64,000 bases of DNA, from the NCBI GenBank assembly GCA_029856045.1, contig JAHQWG010000016.1:480001-544000 (forward strand). The letters are read 5' to 3'. The translations under genes were made by a program, and so were the position numbers. The notes under the pieces are model-generated. The model did not search any database. It was not told the origin of the DNA and worked only from the letters and a program-made list of their open reading frames with translations. Below, piece after piece: positions 1-11,126 of this stretch. Each line of letters starts with the position of its first letter. Position 1 is the first letter of the stretch. The stretch comes from Promethearchaeia archaeon. Its GTDB lineage: Archaea > Asgardarchaeota > Lokiarchaeia > Sigyniarchaeales > SOKP01.

Positions 1-133
1 AACTTTATTACCTATTTTAATTGATAAGTTTGAATTCTAAATTAATATAAATATTATATTTAAAGAAGAAAAAAAATAAAATATTATATTTTAATTAAAA
101 AAAATTTTGTAAAATTAATTCATATTAATTTTT

Positions 134-799
134 TTAAGACATCTCGGAAGGTAATCCAGCATGTCTAATTTTTTCTCGTTCGGAAATGTTTTGAGAAAGT
201 CGCTTTCTTAAATCAGCTAATTTATCTTCATTTTCTTTAATGTTTTTTTCTTTATCCAATACATCTTTTTTCTCGGCTAATAATTCTTTATGTAGCTTTA
301 AATATTCACTTTCGGCTTTTAATATCTGTTCTTGTGGTTTTTTCGCTTTCACAGCTTTTACATAAGCTAGCTGTTTTTTAGCTAAATTTTCTCGTCCTTT
401 TGCTACATCCATTTTCTCATCAGCTAATTTTCCTCTATCTTTTGAAATACTTTCCTCAGATTCAGCGATTTTTCGGTTGGTTTCTGCAATTTTCTTTTGG
501 ACTTTCGCAACTTGTTCGAAATAAATTGCAGTTTTTTTTTGACTATTTAATTCACCCTCTGTAAACTTTAGAATATCTTTAACCTTATTTTTTCTCTCTA
601 CTAAATTTTTATTTTTTTCTGCCAATGTTTCTCTAGCTTCTGCTAATTCTATTTCCTTTTTACACAAGTGCTCTCGCGCTTTTGCTCGTTCAAATTCTAA
701 TTTTGCTGCAGATTTCAACTTCTGCGCAAGATCTTTTATTTCTCTTGCCAATGCTGAATTTTCGCTAGCCATTCTTTCTACATTTTCAACTTCAACCAT
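134..799 (-). CDS. Hypothetical long coiled-coil protein
   Basis: 221 aa, K/E/A-rich with strict heptad periodicity; SD GGTGGTGA 4 nt before ATG. Confidence 0.75.
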   Translation of the reverse strand: MVEVENVERMASENSALAREIKDLAQKLKSAAKLEFERAKAREHLCKKEIELAEARETLAEKNKNLVERKNKVKDILKFTEGELNSQKKTAIYFEQVAKVQKKIAETNRKIAESEESISKDRGKLADEKMDVAKGRENLAKKQLAYVKAVKAKKPQEQILKAESEYLKLHKELLAEKKDVLDKEKNIKENEDKLADLRKRLSQNISEREKIRHAGLPSEMS

Positions 800-1194
800 A
801 ATTTCACCACCTCTTATAACTAAAAATATTTATTTTTAATTTTTCTGTGCCAAATTTTTTAAAAATTATACTTATTCTTAAATATTGCATTTAATAAGTA
901 AGATTACTTACTATTTAAAAATTAAAATTAGAAAAAAATAAAGGAAAAATTTTTTTAAAAAAGTTGAATTTAATTAATAAAAATAGAATTTATTAAGATA
1001 CTGCAGAAATAATTAAAAAGTTAGGATAAGAACTCGAATTTGAACAATATATGACGCTTCTTCGAAAATCCAGGCTTTAATAAGAGAAATCTTTTTTAGG
1101 AAATATTATATTTTAGGATCACAAATTTTTTAAATTAGCAAATTCAAATTATTTTTAATTTTATTTAATTATTACAAATTGGTGAACTCGTTCA

Positions 1195-1914
1195 ATGGAT
1201 AAAAAGAGAGTATTGATAATTTCTGGTTTAATAAACATAATTGTTTTAATTATTATTTTAATAAATATAATAATAATTTTTCCTCTAACTTATGAAACTT
1301 TATGGATCTATGGATTTTACATTGTCATCGCTGGTTTAATTACATATCTAACAGGAATATTTCTCACAGATAAATACTACTTAGAATTTATTGGAACATT
1401 TATTGTGATAATCGGAGAAATATTCATTATTATTTATTTTGCAGTAGCTCAACCTTTGTGGGCTAATTGGATTAGTATTTATTTTATTTTTCCAACGACA
1501 ACTTTTTTTACAATGATGATTATCGCTTATTATAATGGAAGAGACGATTTAGAAAATAAGAGAGCTTTAAATGTTGGTCTTATGTTGGTCTCTGGTTCAT
1601 TCTTCTCATTGATGGTTGAATCTGCAATAAAAATACCTGAACTGTTCCAATCGGTGAATGTTCCAATCTGGGCTATAATTATTATCGTTGGTGGATTAAT
1701 GCTATATGCTTTTACCACTTGGAAAATATTTGAAGGAGGAAGTTACATAATGGCTTTAACTGGTGCTTTTATTGTAAATATTGGTGTAATAATGCTTGAA
1801 TTATTTTATAGAATTCACGAAATTACTGGTATTTTTACACTCTTGTTTTTACCTCCAGCTGGAATTTTCTTTCTTTTGATTTTCATTAATTACAAAATCT
1901 CCCCCTACGATTAA
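1195..1914 (+). CDS. Hypothetical multi-pass membrane protein
   Basis: About 8 hydrophobic segments; GGTGA upstream of ATG. Confidence 0.75.
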   Translation: MDKKRVLIISGLINIIVLIIILINIIIIFPLTYETLWIYGFYIVIAGLITYLTGIFLTDKYYLEFIGTFIVIIGEIFIIIYFAVAQPLWANWISIYFIFPTTTFFTMMIIAYYNGRDDLENKRALNVGLMLVSGSFFSLMVESAIKIPELFQSVNVPIWAIIIIVGGLMLYAFTTWKIFEGGSYIMALTGAFIVNIGVIMLELFYRIHEITGIFTLLFLPPAGIFFLLIFINYKISPYD

Positions 1915-2705
1915 TTAAGCTCTTAATAACTTTGAAAATCTTACATACCTCTTTTTTTTATTAAATACTCTCAATTTAAATTTAGCTTTAATCAAAACAT
2001 CGCTCTTTATTATGAATTTTTTAGATCTCTAATATCTTTTAAACGAATTCAAGTCTTAATTTACCATTTAGTCAAAATTATATACTTGTATTGTCAAAAA
2101 AAGATAATAAATTTATATCCTTATATGTTTTAAAAGAATTCTGACCAGTTAATTTTTTAAGTTATTCTTTCTCTATTGTATTATGTTTTTTTTACTATTG
2201 GCGATATTAATTTAAATGAATTGAAATAGTAGTACAATTTAATTGTTTCTAGATGTATAATGGGGAAAAAAAAATCTAAAAGTAAAGACAAAAAGAAGTA
2301 ATTTTTTCACTATCAAATTTTATTGGAGTAAAAAAAGTAGGTAAAATTCTCGAACAAATAGAAGAAGAGCTTGAAAATTATCCAATAATAGAGACCTTTC
2401 TCAAAATTCTTGATTTAAAAAGGGAAAATATCTCATCAAAAAAATTTATTCACTATTTAAAAGAAGTAATTTAGATTATTGTTTATCCTATATAATAGGA
2501 TTTAAAGAGTTGATTAAAAAAAAATTATCTCTAATTTAATTTTAAAAATTGCAATATTTCTAAAATTTTTTAATTTGAAAATATAAATTTATATATATTT
2601 AATCTCCTTAATAAAAAATTATAAAACGACTTAGATTTTAACTTATTATGCAGAAAAATTTCACATTATATCCAAAATAAAAAAATTTTTGAAAAGGAAT
2701 AAAAT

Positions 2706-3533
2706 TTGGCTGTAAAATCTCATAAAAAACTTAAAGGAATTAATCTATTTCAAACTGTTAAATATCCGTTATTTATTATTGTTATTTTTTTTCTTATTAT
2801 TATTCAGTTCCATTGGGTTCTTTCTATTCGCAACATTCAAATTTCATACGATTTAAGTAATTATACTAAACAAGAACTGAAAGTAACTAATTTGAATGAT
2901 TTTTTTGAAGCTAAATTTGCTTATATGAAGGAAAACCCGATTAATTTAACTACTGCTTCCGAAAAGGTTCTTGAAAATGAAACTTTAATGTATCAGATTG
3001 AATCTCGGTTAAATAGCTCAGTTACATCAGTTCAAGAAATTTATAATGCTTATCTAAATGGTTCTTTGGATAACTTAATTATCGATTTCTTTCGAGAAAT
3101 GTGGCATTATGCTTTTACTGAATTAATTCCAGAAGAATACTATAAACCAGCATTTATAAATCTCACAAACCAAGGATGGGCATCAATTAATAATATTACT
3201 GTTTATGGTGATTTTTTATTAGAGAATAAATCAGCAAGGTTTTTAAAAAGTATTACTAATATTTTAAGTTTTAATGAACCATTGATTCTGGAAATATCAC
3301 TCGCTAATCTAATTAATGCAATCGCAAATATCACATATGATATTCTTATTGATCTTACCATAACTCTTTTAGAAAATAATCATATTGTTAATGAAACAGT
3401 TTTAGCATATTTTAAAGAATTGATTAAAAATTTTCAGCTAAGTGTTTCGCTTTATGTAAATGGAAGATGTGGGTTTGTTATTACCACTTTAGATTTGAAA
3501 ATTGATTTAAATTTTATAATAAAGAACTTATGA
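2706..3533 (+). CDS. Hypothetical membrane-anchored protein
   Basis: One N-terminal TM helix followed by an Asn-rich soluble domain; TTG start. Confidence 0.65.
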   Translation: MAVKSHKKLKGINLFQTVKYPLFIIVIFFLIIIQFHWVLSIRNIQISYDLSNYTKQELKVTNLNDFFEAKFAYMKENPINLTTASEKVLENETLMYQIESRLNSSVTSVQEIYNAYLNGSLDNLIIDFFREMWHYAFTELIPEEYYKPAFINLTNQGWASINNITVYGDFLLENKSARFLKSITNILSFNEPLILEISLANLINAIANITYDILIDLTITLLENNHIVNETVLAYFKELIKNFQLSVSLYVNGRCGFVITTLDLKIDLNFIIKNL

Positions 3534-3551
3534 ATATTAAATAAGGGAAAA

Positions 3552-5192
3552 ATGAAATTATTCTATCTTAATATTAAAAAAGGTAAAGTTATTGCCATTA
3601 TTGGAGGCTTAATTCTATTAATTTTCCTAGCAATAATAATTTTCATAAGATTGCTTAGCAATATTATGCCAATAGTTGATGATTTTACAAAAAGTTTTAA
3701 ATTTATAATTTTAGGAATCGAGATGACCTATATTGAAATCTTTCTTATGGTCTTTTTATTTTTATTTTATGAAGCAATTGATGCCTATGTTGAAGGATTC
3801 ATTATGGTTTTGATAAAAATTTTTTTTATACTTTTTATTTTCTTTATTATTTTTCAGGCAGGAAAATTGCCAATTATTTTTATTTTTGACTTCTTTGAAT
3901 TAAATCTTGTTTTTGATTTTTCTTTTATTTTTCAAATTCTGCTTTTAATATATTGTTGGGTTTTATTCTGTGAAATTTGTATATTTTTCATAAGATTGAA
4001 ATCTCCTTTACCTGAAATTTTAACTACTTCGGAAATAAGAAAACAACTTCTTCTAAATAGAAAGAAAGTTGATAAAGAAAAACCAAAATTATTTCAAATT
4101 GCTGAAAAAGATTTAATAAAGAAAAAAGAATGGGTCAATCGTGATGAAGATAAAATTATTATTAAAAAAGAAGAATCTATTTTATTAAATAATTGGACAT
4201 ATGTGAATGCTTTAAATAAAGAATCGAAATTTAACTTTTATTTTTTAAATTCTGCAGCTTTAATCTTTGGTGGTTTTATTTATGGTTTAATCCAATATTT
4301 TCTTTTTGATATACCTGCTGAAGGAAATTATTTTAATAATTTTGTATTAGGTTTATTTTTCCCCATCTGGTCAATATTAATAACTTCTTTTTTATCGATT
4401 AGACATTACATTAGAGGATTTGGTTTTTTGGTTTTAATTCTAATCGTACAAACAACACTGAGAGAAAATGGAATTATAACTGTAGAAGGATACTTCTTTT
4501 TATCAATAATTCTTAAGATTACTAACATATTTTACCCCGAATTTTCAAATTTCTTAAATGACTTAACGACAGAACAACTTTTGGATCTAAATTTAAATAT
4601 TTTTGGAATTATCATGCAAATACAGTTTTTCTTACTTCTGATAAAATTAATTATAGATTATCTTAAGAAAAAAAGATCAGCAATGGAAATTCTTATATCG
4701 AATAGATATTTATATTTAAGGCAAATTGAAACTTTCAATAGTTGGAACATGCTCTTTGATCTTATTAATATAGGTATTTGGCCTTTCAATCCAATCAATT
4801 GGAAAGATTTTATACAAAAATTAAGATATAAGAGAAAATCAATACAAGAAGGGTGGTTCCATAGCTATGGTCGGTTATCTTATCTAAAAGCTATAAAAAA
4901 AATAAAGAGATCTATACATCCCAGGGATATAACATACATAGGAGCAATATTATTATTAATTTTAGGAATTATTACATCTAGATATCTTTTTGGCTATGTA
5001 TTTATAATAATTGCATTTATAAAAATTTGGACTATTATAAAGATTAAGAAGGGTCCAAAAATAAAATTATTATATCGTAGAAGTAAAGCAGAAGGTTCTG
5101 CATTTATGTTAGGATATAGTGATATTCTAATATTATTTGATATTTCTGAAAATGTAGCAAATTTATTATCTTCTCTAAAAATAAATCAATAA
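3552..5192 (+). CDS. Hypothetical multi-pass membrane protein
   Basis: 546 aa with many TM segments and basic loops; 18 nt after the previous ORF. Confidence 0.7.
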   Translation: MKLFYLNIKKGKVIAIIGGLILLIFLAIIIFIRLLSNIMPIVDDFTKSFKFIILGIEMTYIEIFLMVFLFLFYEAIDAYVEGFIMVLIKIFFILFIFFIIFQAGKLPIIFIFDFFELNLVFDFSFIFQILLLIYCWVLFCEICIFFIRLKSPLPEILTTSEIRKQLLLNRKKVDKEKPKLFQIAEKDLIKKKEWVNRDEDKIIIKKEESILLNNWTYVNALNKESKFNFYFLNSAALIFGGFIYGLIQYFLFDIPAEGNYFNNFVLGLFFPIWSILITSFLSIRHYIRGFGFLVLILIVQTTLRENGIITVEGYFFLSIILKITNIFYPEFSNFLNDLTTEQLLDLNLNIFGIIMQIQFFLLLIKLIIDYLKKKRSAMEILISNRYLYLRQIETFNSWNMLFDLINIGIWPFNPINWKDFIQKLRYKRKSIQEGWFHSYGRLSYLKAIKKIKRSIHPRDITYIGAILLLILGIITSRYLFGYVFIIIAFIKIWTIIKIKKGPKIKLLYRRSKAEGSAFMLGYSDILILFDISENVANLLSSLKINQ

Positions 5193-5694
5193 ATAATAAG
5201 ATTAAAATATTTAGAATTTTTTCTCTAAAAAAATAAATGAAATTTGTTTAACTTGTGAAATTTATAAAATTTTTCTATTCTATATAATATACACGACAAA
5301 TCAATCTAAGAAATATACTATAATATCAAATCCGAATCCGTTTTTTCTTTTCTCTTTATAGAAAAATTGTACTACGTTATTTATTCTTTCTAATTAAAAA
5401 TAATAAAAGCATTATTTTAGAATTAAAGATATCTTTTATAAAAATTTATTAGCAAAATTATCTCTTTACTTACATATCTAAATTCTTACAAAATTGTAGA
5501 AAAACCAAATTTTTCCTGTTATATATTAATCCATTAAACAATTGGGAAAAATATAAAAAATAAAATTAGTAAAATAATCTCGAGATCGTTTGTTTTTGTT
5601 ATAGATTATCAATATAGTTAAATAATTTTTTTAAAAACAATTATATTATTTAAATATATCACAATTTAAAGTAATTTAAAAATACTTTTTAAAA

Positions 5695-6759
5695 ATGCCC
5701 AAATTAATTAAAAAAATATCAAAAAAAAGTGGTTTGCCACCCGGTACTCTTGAATACACAGGAGAGAAAATATCAAGAAAGGTTAAAATCACTGTAATTG
5801 ACTATAATGAAAAAAATTTTCAAATGAAAGAAGTTTCAAAAATCGATCAAGAATTAATAAATTTAGAAAAATCAACAGTTAGATGGATTAATGTCGACAA
5901 TATTAGTCTTAAAGATATTGTAGAGGAAATTGGAAACCAATTTGAACTCCATCCTCTTCTTCTTGAAGATGTTATGAATCCAGAACAACGACCTAAAGTT
6001 GATGATTTTGAAAGGTACCTCTTTATTACCATAAAAATGTTGAATTGGGATCAAGAAAAAAGAGAGATACTTAGTGAGCAAGTTAGTTTAATTTTAGGTC
6101 CAAATTATGTAATAAGTTTTCAGGAACGTGAGTTAGATATGTTTGATCCAATTCTGGAAAGATTAAAAACAAGAAAAGGACAGATTAGGAAAATGGGTTC
6201 AGATTACCTTACTTATACTTTAATTGATTATATTATTGATAATTATTTCATAATCTTGGAAAATATTGGAGATATAATAGAAGATATGGAAGAAGAACTT
6301 ATAACAAATCCGTCACCTGTAACTCTACAATCAATTCATAATTTAAAAAGAGAGATCATCACACTTCGTAAATCAGTTTGGCCTTTAAGAGAAGTCATAA
6401 ATAAATTACAGAGAATAGAAGTCCCTATTATAAAAAATACAACGAAAATTTATATGCGAGATGTTTACGATCACACAATACAAATTATTGATACAATAGA
6501 AAGTTACCGAGATATAATTTCTGGAATGCTTGACATTTATCTTTCAAGTATAAGCAATAAAATGAATGAAATTATGAAGGTTTTAACAATAATTTCTACA
6601 ATATTTATACCTTTAACTTTTCTTGCAGGCGTTTACGGGATGAATTTTAAATATATGCCAGAAATTGAATCCACTTTAGGTTATCCCTTAATTTGGCTAA
6701 TAATGGTTATTATAACAGTTATAATGATAATTTTTTTTAAGAAAAAAAACTGGTTATGA
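5695..6759 (+). CDS. corA: Magnesium/cobalt transporter CorA
   Basis: N-terminal GLPPGTL, LHPLLLED, QRPK; C-terminal YGMNF..MPE signature with two TM helices. Confidence 0.97.
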   Translation: MPKLIKKISKKSGLPPGTLEYTGEKISRKVKITVIDYNEKNFQMKEVSKIDQELINLEKSTVRWINVDNISLKDIVEEIGNQFELHPLLLEDVMNPEQRPKVDDFERYLFITIKMLNWDQEKREILSEQVSLILGPNYVISFQERELDMFDPILERLKTRKGQIRKMGSDYLTYTLIDYIIDNYFIILENIGDIIEDMEEELITNPSPVTLQSIHNLKREIITLRKSVWPLREVINKLQRIEVPIIKNTTKIYMRDVYDHTIQIIDTIESYRDIISGMLDIYLSSISNKMNEIMKVLTIISTIFIPLTFLAGVYGMNFKYMPEIESTLGYPLIWLIMVIITVIMIIFFKKKNWL

Positions 6760-6779
6760 AAGAAAACAATTTTATCTTT

Positions 6780-7208
6780 TTATTTTTTATTGTCTTCTTC
6801 TTTTTCTTCAAAGCTTTTCATTTCCAATTCTGCTTTATCCATATCGATTAATTCTTCAATTCTTGATAAGTAACGTTTAATAGCATTTAATTTTAAATCT
6901 TTATCTTCTTCTTTCTTGAAAAAGAGGCCTAAATTACTATTCTCTCCAAGTTTTATGATAATGAGAGATATATTTTCAGTTTCGAAAATCAATTTTTTAT
7001 AATCGACTAAATCAAAATTACATATTTCATAGAGTTTTTGCACGTGACTTAACATCTTAGCAATATTTTCACCTAATTTAGGTATATTTATATCTTGTTC
7101 AAACGTAGTTTGGAAAATTATTCCATTGTTATAAAACATTACAATATGTAAGACTTCAGGTAAAGCGGTTTGAATCCGTTTAATATTTTTAAATACCATT
7201 TTTTTCAC
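6780..7208 (-). CDS. Roadblock/LC7 (LAMTOR/MglB-like) domain protein
   Basis: Helix-strand-strand(NNGII)-helix-three strands-helix pattern in about 125 aa; start overlaps the permease stop. Confidence 0.6.
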   Translation of the reverse strand: MKKMVFKNIKRIQTALPEVLHIVMFYNNGIIFQTTFEQDINIPKLGENIAKMLSHVQKLYEICNFDLVDYKKLIFETENISLIIIKLGENSNLGLFFKKEEDKDLKLNAIKRYLSRIEELIDMDKAELEMKSFEEKEEDNKK

Positions 7209-8650
7209 TTAATTATTATGTTTTTAAATTTAGTTATAATTTTATCTATTTTTATTTTCATGCTATTGGGTCCATATTTTTGAAGCAAATAAAAAATTGC
7301 AATCATTATTGAAATGGTTATAATGATTACCATCCCAATTATAAATTGAAATATTAATGTGAAATAAATTGTTACTATTATCAATTGATAAATTGTAGTG
7401 CAAAATCCTAATTTAAAAAATTGTTTAAAACTAATAGGACGATTATTTTGTTCAGCAAGATTAATAACAAGAATATTATCTCCCAATGGAGTTAAATTAT
7501 CTCCCCAATTAGCACCTATGGAGAGACTATAAAACAATTGGTTTTTATCTATTAAAGAAACACCTTCCGACATACTACCTATAACAGGGGTTAATACTTT
7601 CGTTATTGGAATATTGTCAATGGAGCTACTTAAAAAGGCGGAAATCCACAAGACCATTATTATCTGTAAAAATAAATTCCCAGCTCCTAAGTTTGATAAT
7701 ATTATTCCGAAAGAGCTAACAATCCCCGTTATTTCTAGCCCTCCTGAAATAATAAAAATCCCTAACAAATAGAAAATTAGTTCGAAGTCAATTTTTTTGA
7801 TCAATTCTTTTGGGTCCAATCCACTTATTATTATTAATATGATTGCGATACTTAACGCAATCATATCAGATGTAATTAAAGAAGATGGAACAAAAATAAA
7901 CAAAATAATTAAAGTTATAATTGATATAATAGATTGGAATAATAACCTCTTATTTTGTACAAAATTCCAAATATTAAATTCCTTTAAAACTTTAAAACCT
8001 TCTTCTGGAAAACTCAATTCTTTTTTAAATAAAAAAATAAAAAAGAGTGAAGTAAATGGGAAAATAATCAAAGATATTAAACCCACATTCAAGAAAAATT
8101 CCAAGAATGATATTCCAGCATAAGTTGTTATTAATATATTAGGAATAGAGGAAATTGAAAAGAATGTGCCACCAATATTTACTAAAACAGCTTGAGTTAA
8201 TATATAAGGAGATGGATTAATATTTAAAATACGTGATACTGTGATTGTAAGTGGAATAAGAATAATAACAGTCAAAATATTATTTAATATTGCTGAAATT
8301 AAAATTGTTATTATACAAAATAGAATCAATAATAATACAGGTTTCCCCCTTGATAATTTAATTAATCTTATTGCAAGAAATTGAAATGTACCTGCTTCAT
8401 GTGAAATTTGAACAATAATCATCATTCCAATAATTAATACCAATGAATGTAAATTCACATAACCTTCATCTTGAGAACTAAACAAAAGATCAACAATTAT
8501 TGAGAAATCTAACCCTTCAATAAAAATTAATACAAAATATGTGATTATTGCACCCGCAAGAGAAGCAATGGCTCGATTTAACTTATCTGTCAAGATAAGA
8601 ATAATTACACCAATAAAACAAGAGGAAATAATAATTGTACTGATGATTAT
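7205..8650 (-). CDS. ArsB/NhaD/SLC13-like (P-protein type) anion permease
   Basis: SAILNN, NIGG..S.ISSIPN, SSSIDNIP, GANWGDNLTPLG motifs. ORF track starts at 8593 (TTG); the frame stays open to ATA at 8650, which adds the expected first TM helix. Confidence 0.85.
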   Translation of the reverse strand: MIISTIIISSCFIGVIILILTDKLNRAIASLAGAIITYFVLIFIEGLDFSIIVDLLFSSQDEGYVNLHSLVLIIGMMIIVQISHEAGTFQFLAIRLIKLSRGKPVLLLILFCIITILISAILNNILTVIILIPLTITVSRILNINPSPYILTQAVLVNIGGTFFSISSIPNILITTYAGISFLEFFLNVGLISLIIFPFTSLFFIFLFKKELSFPEEGFKVLKEFNIWNFVQNKRLLFQSIISIITLIILFIFVPSSLITSDMIALSIAIILIIISGLDPKELIKKIDFELIFYLLGIFIISGGLEITGIVSSFGIILSNLGAGNLFLQIIMVLWISAFLSSSIDNIPITKVLTPVIGSMSEGVSLIDKNQLFYSLSIGANWGDNLTPLGDNILVINLAEQNNRPISFKQFFKLGFCTTIYQLIIVTIYFTLIFQFIIGMVIIITISIMIAIFYLLQKYGPNSMKIKIDKIITKFKNIIIK

Positions 8651-8980
8651 TTTGATTCACCTTATTATGCTAAATATGTAATTTGATAATAGAATTGTTA
8701 AAAATTTATTGTTTAAATTCTTTAAAACATTTATATTTTTTTAATATCTATTCCAAATTATGATTTTAAATCGATATATTTTGCTTTTCCTTTTCTTAGT
8801 AACTATTTCCTTGTTTCATTCATTATTAGGATAAACGCTGGACCCAAAAAAATTATTAATTAATTATACCATTGATTAATAGGAATGATATTAAAAACAA
8901 TAATTAAAGATAAATTGTAAGTTAATTTTACAAAAGGAAAAAAAGGGGAAAATATTTAAAATAGTTAAAAATTAACTGTA

Positions 8981-9793
8981 TTACTGAATTTGGCGTAAAA
9001 TTTCTGGCGTACTTATGTCTATATCGTATTTTTTGAATGTATCAAAAACCGCTCTATATAGATTTCCTTCAATTCTTTTAATTCTTTTAATTTCTCTAAT
9101 ATAAACGTACAATCTGTATTCAACGGCGAAATTTAAAAAATTTGTCATCATAACATATGGTTTAGGCTCCTTTAATATAGCAGGAACGGTTACTGCTGCC
9201 TCCAATAATGCCCTTTCGACTTTATTAGGGTCTTCATCATATCCTGCTGAAATTACTACTTGTCTTCTAATCACTTTAGTCTTACCTAAAGATTTAATCG
9301 ATTCTGTTAATAATTTCTGATTAGGAACAGAAATTTTTACTCCATCCAAATCAATCAATACTGTATAAATTAATTTGATCTCAATTACATCCGTCAGTGA
9401 GTCATCAAATATTATTCGATCTCCCTTAACAAAAGGTTTGCTAGACATTATAATAAGACCAGCTATAACGTTTCCTAGAGTGTTCATAGATGCAAATCCA
9501 ATTATTGTTCCAAGCGATAGAGTTAAAAAACCAGCAATTAAACCAATGGCTTCGGTAAATTGAGAAAAGATCATTAGTACAATTATAATTATGAAAATAT
9601 ATTTAAAGAATTTCAAGATTAATTTTCCTGTACGCTCATCTATCTTTCCATGTTCTGTTCTTTTGGTAATTTGTCTTTTTAAGATTTTGTAAATAATATA
9701 TCCAACAATTATTGTTGCGAAAATGAATATTAATGTCCAAAAATTAGTAATAAACCAATTAATTAAGTCATCTAAAAAAGTTTGCATTATCAT
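8981..9793 (-). CDS. mscS: Small-conductance mechanosensitive channel
   Basis: Three TMs, IGFAS..TLGNVIAG, PFVKGDRI, VPN motif. Confidence 0.92.
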   Translation of the reverse strand: MIMQTFLDDLINWFITNFWTLIFIFATIIVGYIIYKILKRQITKRTEHGKIDERTGKLILKFFKYIFIIIIVLMIFSQFTEAIGLIAGFLTLSLGTIIGFASMNTLGNVIAGLIIMSSKPFVKGDRIIFDDSLTDVIEIKLIYTVLIDLDGVKISVPNQKLLTESIKSLGKTKVIRRQVVISAGYDEDPNKVERALLEAAVTVPAILKEPKPYVMMTNFLNFAVEYRLYVYIREIKRIKRIEGNLYRAVFDTFKKYDIDISTPEILRQIQ

Positions 9794-9873
9794 TTTTTTT
9801 ACACCTTTTATTATAGAACAAAATTTAATTTAAATTTACTTTGCATTATTTTAATATTTTTTTTTTTAAAAAA

Positions 9874-10941
9874 TTATATGTATTTCTTAGCAATTAAATA
9901 TTCAGCTGATAAAACCCCTCCCCTCCCAGCTCCTAATTCTGTGTTATGACTTAAAACGGTAAATTTTATACCATTAGGAAAATTCGTTTTTTCAAGTCCT
10001 CCGACGTAAGTAATCATCCCTGCTTTCTCATTCCCTTTATTCTCAAGGTCAATTCTGGGTTGAGGTCGGTAAGGGTCATCAAAAACCTTTATTGGGTGTT
10101 CAGGAGCATTTGGCAAATCTAGACCGGCTGTTTGTCCTTCAAAATCTCTCAATGTTTGTTTAACTTCTTCAATATCCTCAAATTCATTTACAGTTTCTAT
10201 AAAAACACTTTCCATATGACCATTTATTGAGGGTACTCGATTACACTTACAATCGATTAAAAATTCAATATTTTGTATTTTATCCTCAATTATTGTACCA
10301 AAAATCTTTTTAATCTCTCTCATTACTTTTTTTTCTTCCCTCTCTATATGAGGAACAATATTTGCAACTATATCATAACTGGGAACGCCAGGATAACCTG
10401 CTCCTGTAATTGCTTGCATGGAAACCATATGAACACTTTTAATACCATATTTTTTTAAAATAGGATATAATGAAATTGCCAATCCGATAGCTGTGCAATT
10501 AGGACCAGGAACAATAAAACCTTTCCACCCACGTTTCTTTTTTTGTATATCTAAAATTCTATAATGCTCTCCATTAACAATAGGTAAAAATATTGGAACA
10601 TCTTCTTCATATCTATAAGTAGCTGCTGTACTTACCACAGGTTTACTTGTTGCAATTTCACCCTCAATCTCTCGAGCATACCCTGAAGGAATTGCAGAAA
10701 AAACAATGTCAATTGAATTTAGATCTAAATCTTTAATATCCGTAACTGTCATTTCTTTTATTTCCTCTGGATATTTATAACTCGTAAAGCCCCTGATTGA
10801 TTCCCCAAATTTTTTGCCAATCGAGGCGTGTCCATGCAATGACATGATTTCAAACCAAGAGTGTCCTATTAGTGCTTCCATAAACTGTTGTCCCGCCATT
10901 CCAGTAGCTCCAATTACGCTCGCTCTATATTTTTTAGGCAT
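9874..10941 (-). CDS. asd: Aspartate-semialdehyde dehydrogenase (archaeal type)
   Basis: GATGMAGQ Rossmann motif, PNCT catalytic Cys, MQAITGAG, RPQPR, SHN..GA. Confidence 0.93.
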   Translation of the reverse strand: MPKKYRASVIGATGMAGQQFMEALIGHSWFEIMSLHGHASIGKKFGESIRGFTSYKYPEEIKEMTVTDIKDLDLNSIDIVFSAIPSGYAREIEGEIATSKPVVSTAATYRYEEDVPIFLPIVNGEHYRILDIQKKKRGWKGFIVPGPNCTAIGLAISLYPILKKYGIKSVHMVSMQAITGAGYPGVPSYDIVANIVPHIEREEKKVMREIKKIFGTIIEDKIQNIEFLIDCKCNRVPSINGHMESVFIETVNEFEDIEEVKQTLRDFEGQTAGLDLPNAPEHPIKVFDDPYRPQPRIDLENKGNEKAGMITYVGGLEKTNFPNGIKFTVLSHNTELGAGRGGVLSAEYLIAKKYI

Positions 10942-11126
10942 AATTCTTCTCTACTCAAATTTGAACATAATGAAATTTAAAAAATACTATATTATTTTAT
11001 TTTTGAAGAAAATATTTAAAACTTATTTTCTATTTATATTATTAGCAAAAATTTCTAACTGGGTTAAATTAAATCTCTTAAAAATTTTCCCAATTTAGAG
11101 TAAATTTTTGAAGGATTGAGGTATAG

